Source of the DNA: Octopus bimaculoides
Lineage: Eukaryota
Direction: 5' to 3'
DNA length: 33,060 nucleotides
NCBI RefSeq assembly: GCF_001194135.2
Contig: NC_068996.1
Location: forward strand, 47,767,324 to 47,800,383
This document shows, one piece after another, positions 32,185 to 33,060 of the stretch. The position numbers and the translations under genes were made by a program. The notes beneath the pieces were generated by a model that was given only the letters and a program-made list of their open reading frames with translations, searched no databases and had not been told where the DNA came from. Every line of letters begins with the position of its first letter. Position 1 is the first letter of the stretch.

Positions 32185-32445
32185 AATTAAAACATTCAGA
32201 TTATTCTGTCAAATGTAATGCTTATCTATTTACCTTGTTTTGAATTATTCATGAATTATCTCAGAGCTTTGTGATTTCAACGATGTAATTTAGTTTTAGA
32301 ATGACATTGTAGGGTAGGTATGAGAGGCCAGATTTGGCCAGTTGGAGCATAAAGCAGGTAAAATATCTGGGCCATAGCGAGTTTAAAGGCTAATGTAGAA
32401 TGTCTGAGTCTGATGTGGCTGATGGTTTAAATGCTAATGAGTTAA
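32185..32445 (+). mobile_element. piggyBac-like MITE family 1, degenerate
   Basis: acattcagattattctgtcaaatgtaatgc..tagaatgacattgtagggtagg..gagaggccagatttggccagtt..gtttaaatgctaatgagTTAA. Confidence 0.75.
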
Positions 32446-32917
32446 AAGCAGTGCTTGATTAATTAGCAATTAAACACACATCAGGCACAACTGGCATAAA
32501 GAATTTGTGCAAGACAGATGAAAGGCAGTTTTTAAAATATGAGTGTGTGTGTGTGTGTGTGTGTGTGTATGTCAGAAAGAGAGAGAGAGAGAGGGAGGAG
32601 TCAAACAGATATCATAAGCTGATGCTTCTGTAATTACACTAACACTCCTACACTATTACCACTCCTTCACAATCATCAGTTTTTCTCTCTTTCCTTGAAT
32701 CCATCTTGTTTTACATCAGGAAAAGAATGGACTAAGTTTTTTTTTTTATTATTTCTTTATGCATTATTCTGAGATGGTTTTTCAGATTTGTGTTAACTTT
32801 TGAGAAAAGAATTTGCTGATGCTGTTTCAGAATGAACAGAAATCAACATTTACACACACACACATATACATAATGAGCAGGTGTATTTAAACATATATAA
32901 ACATGTAGAGATACACA

Positions 32918-32959
<42 letters not shown>

Positions 32960-33060
32960 GAAACCTAGATTTGACATATGAGATATGTACCCGGTGCAAG
33001 CTATGGACACATAAGAGGTGCAGCAACATCAAAGGCAGGTTAACTAGCAAGTTAGTTTTT

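Overview
AT-rich, repeat-dense eukaryotic DNA with 10 assembly gaps (about 4.6 kb of N, ~14%). The repeat families and microsatellite load point to a coleoid cephalopod, most likely Octopus (inference from pattern recognition, no search run). The only coding sequence I can support is one 105-nt internal exon on the minus strand (11248-11352). It encodes part of the prodomain of neuroendocrine prohormone convertase 2 (PC2/PCSK2, amontillado-like), so the rest of the window is probably the two large flanking introns. These introns hold fragments of three RTE-clade LINE families, several tRNA-derived SINE families with swapped modules, TTAA-flanked (piggyBac-like) and TA-flanked (Tc1/mariner/pogo-like) MITEs, a Penelope-like fragment with a minimal hammerhead-ribozyme-like fold, and many simple or higher-order tandem repeats. 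All long ORFs in the supplied track are artefacts of microsatellites, N-gaps or degenerate LINE ORF2. I see no bacterial-type system or CRISPR array. The best leads are the hammerhead-like motif in sense orientation to the PC2 pre-mRNA, a 20-bp direct repeat bracketing a composite microsatellite block, modular SINE head/tail swapping, and a strong orientation bias of one RTE family. Boundaries of degenerate elements are approximate.
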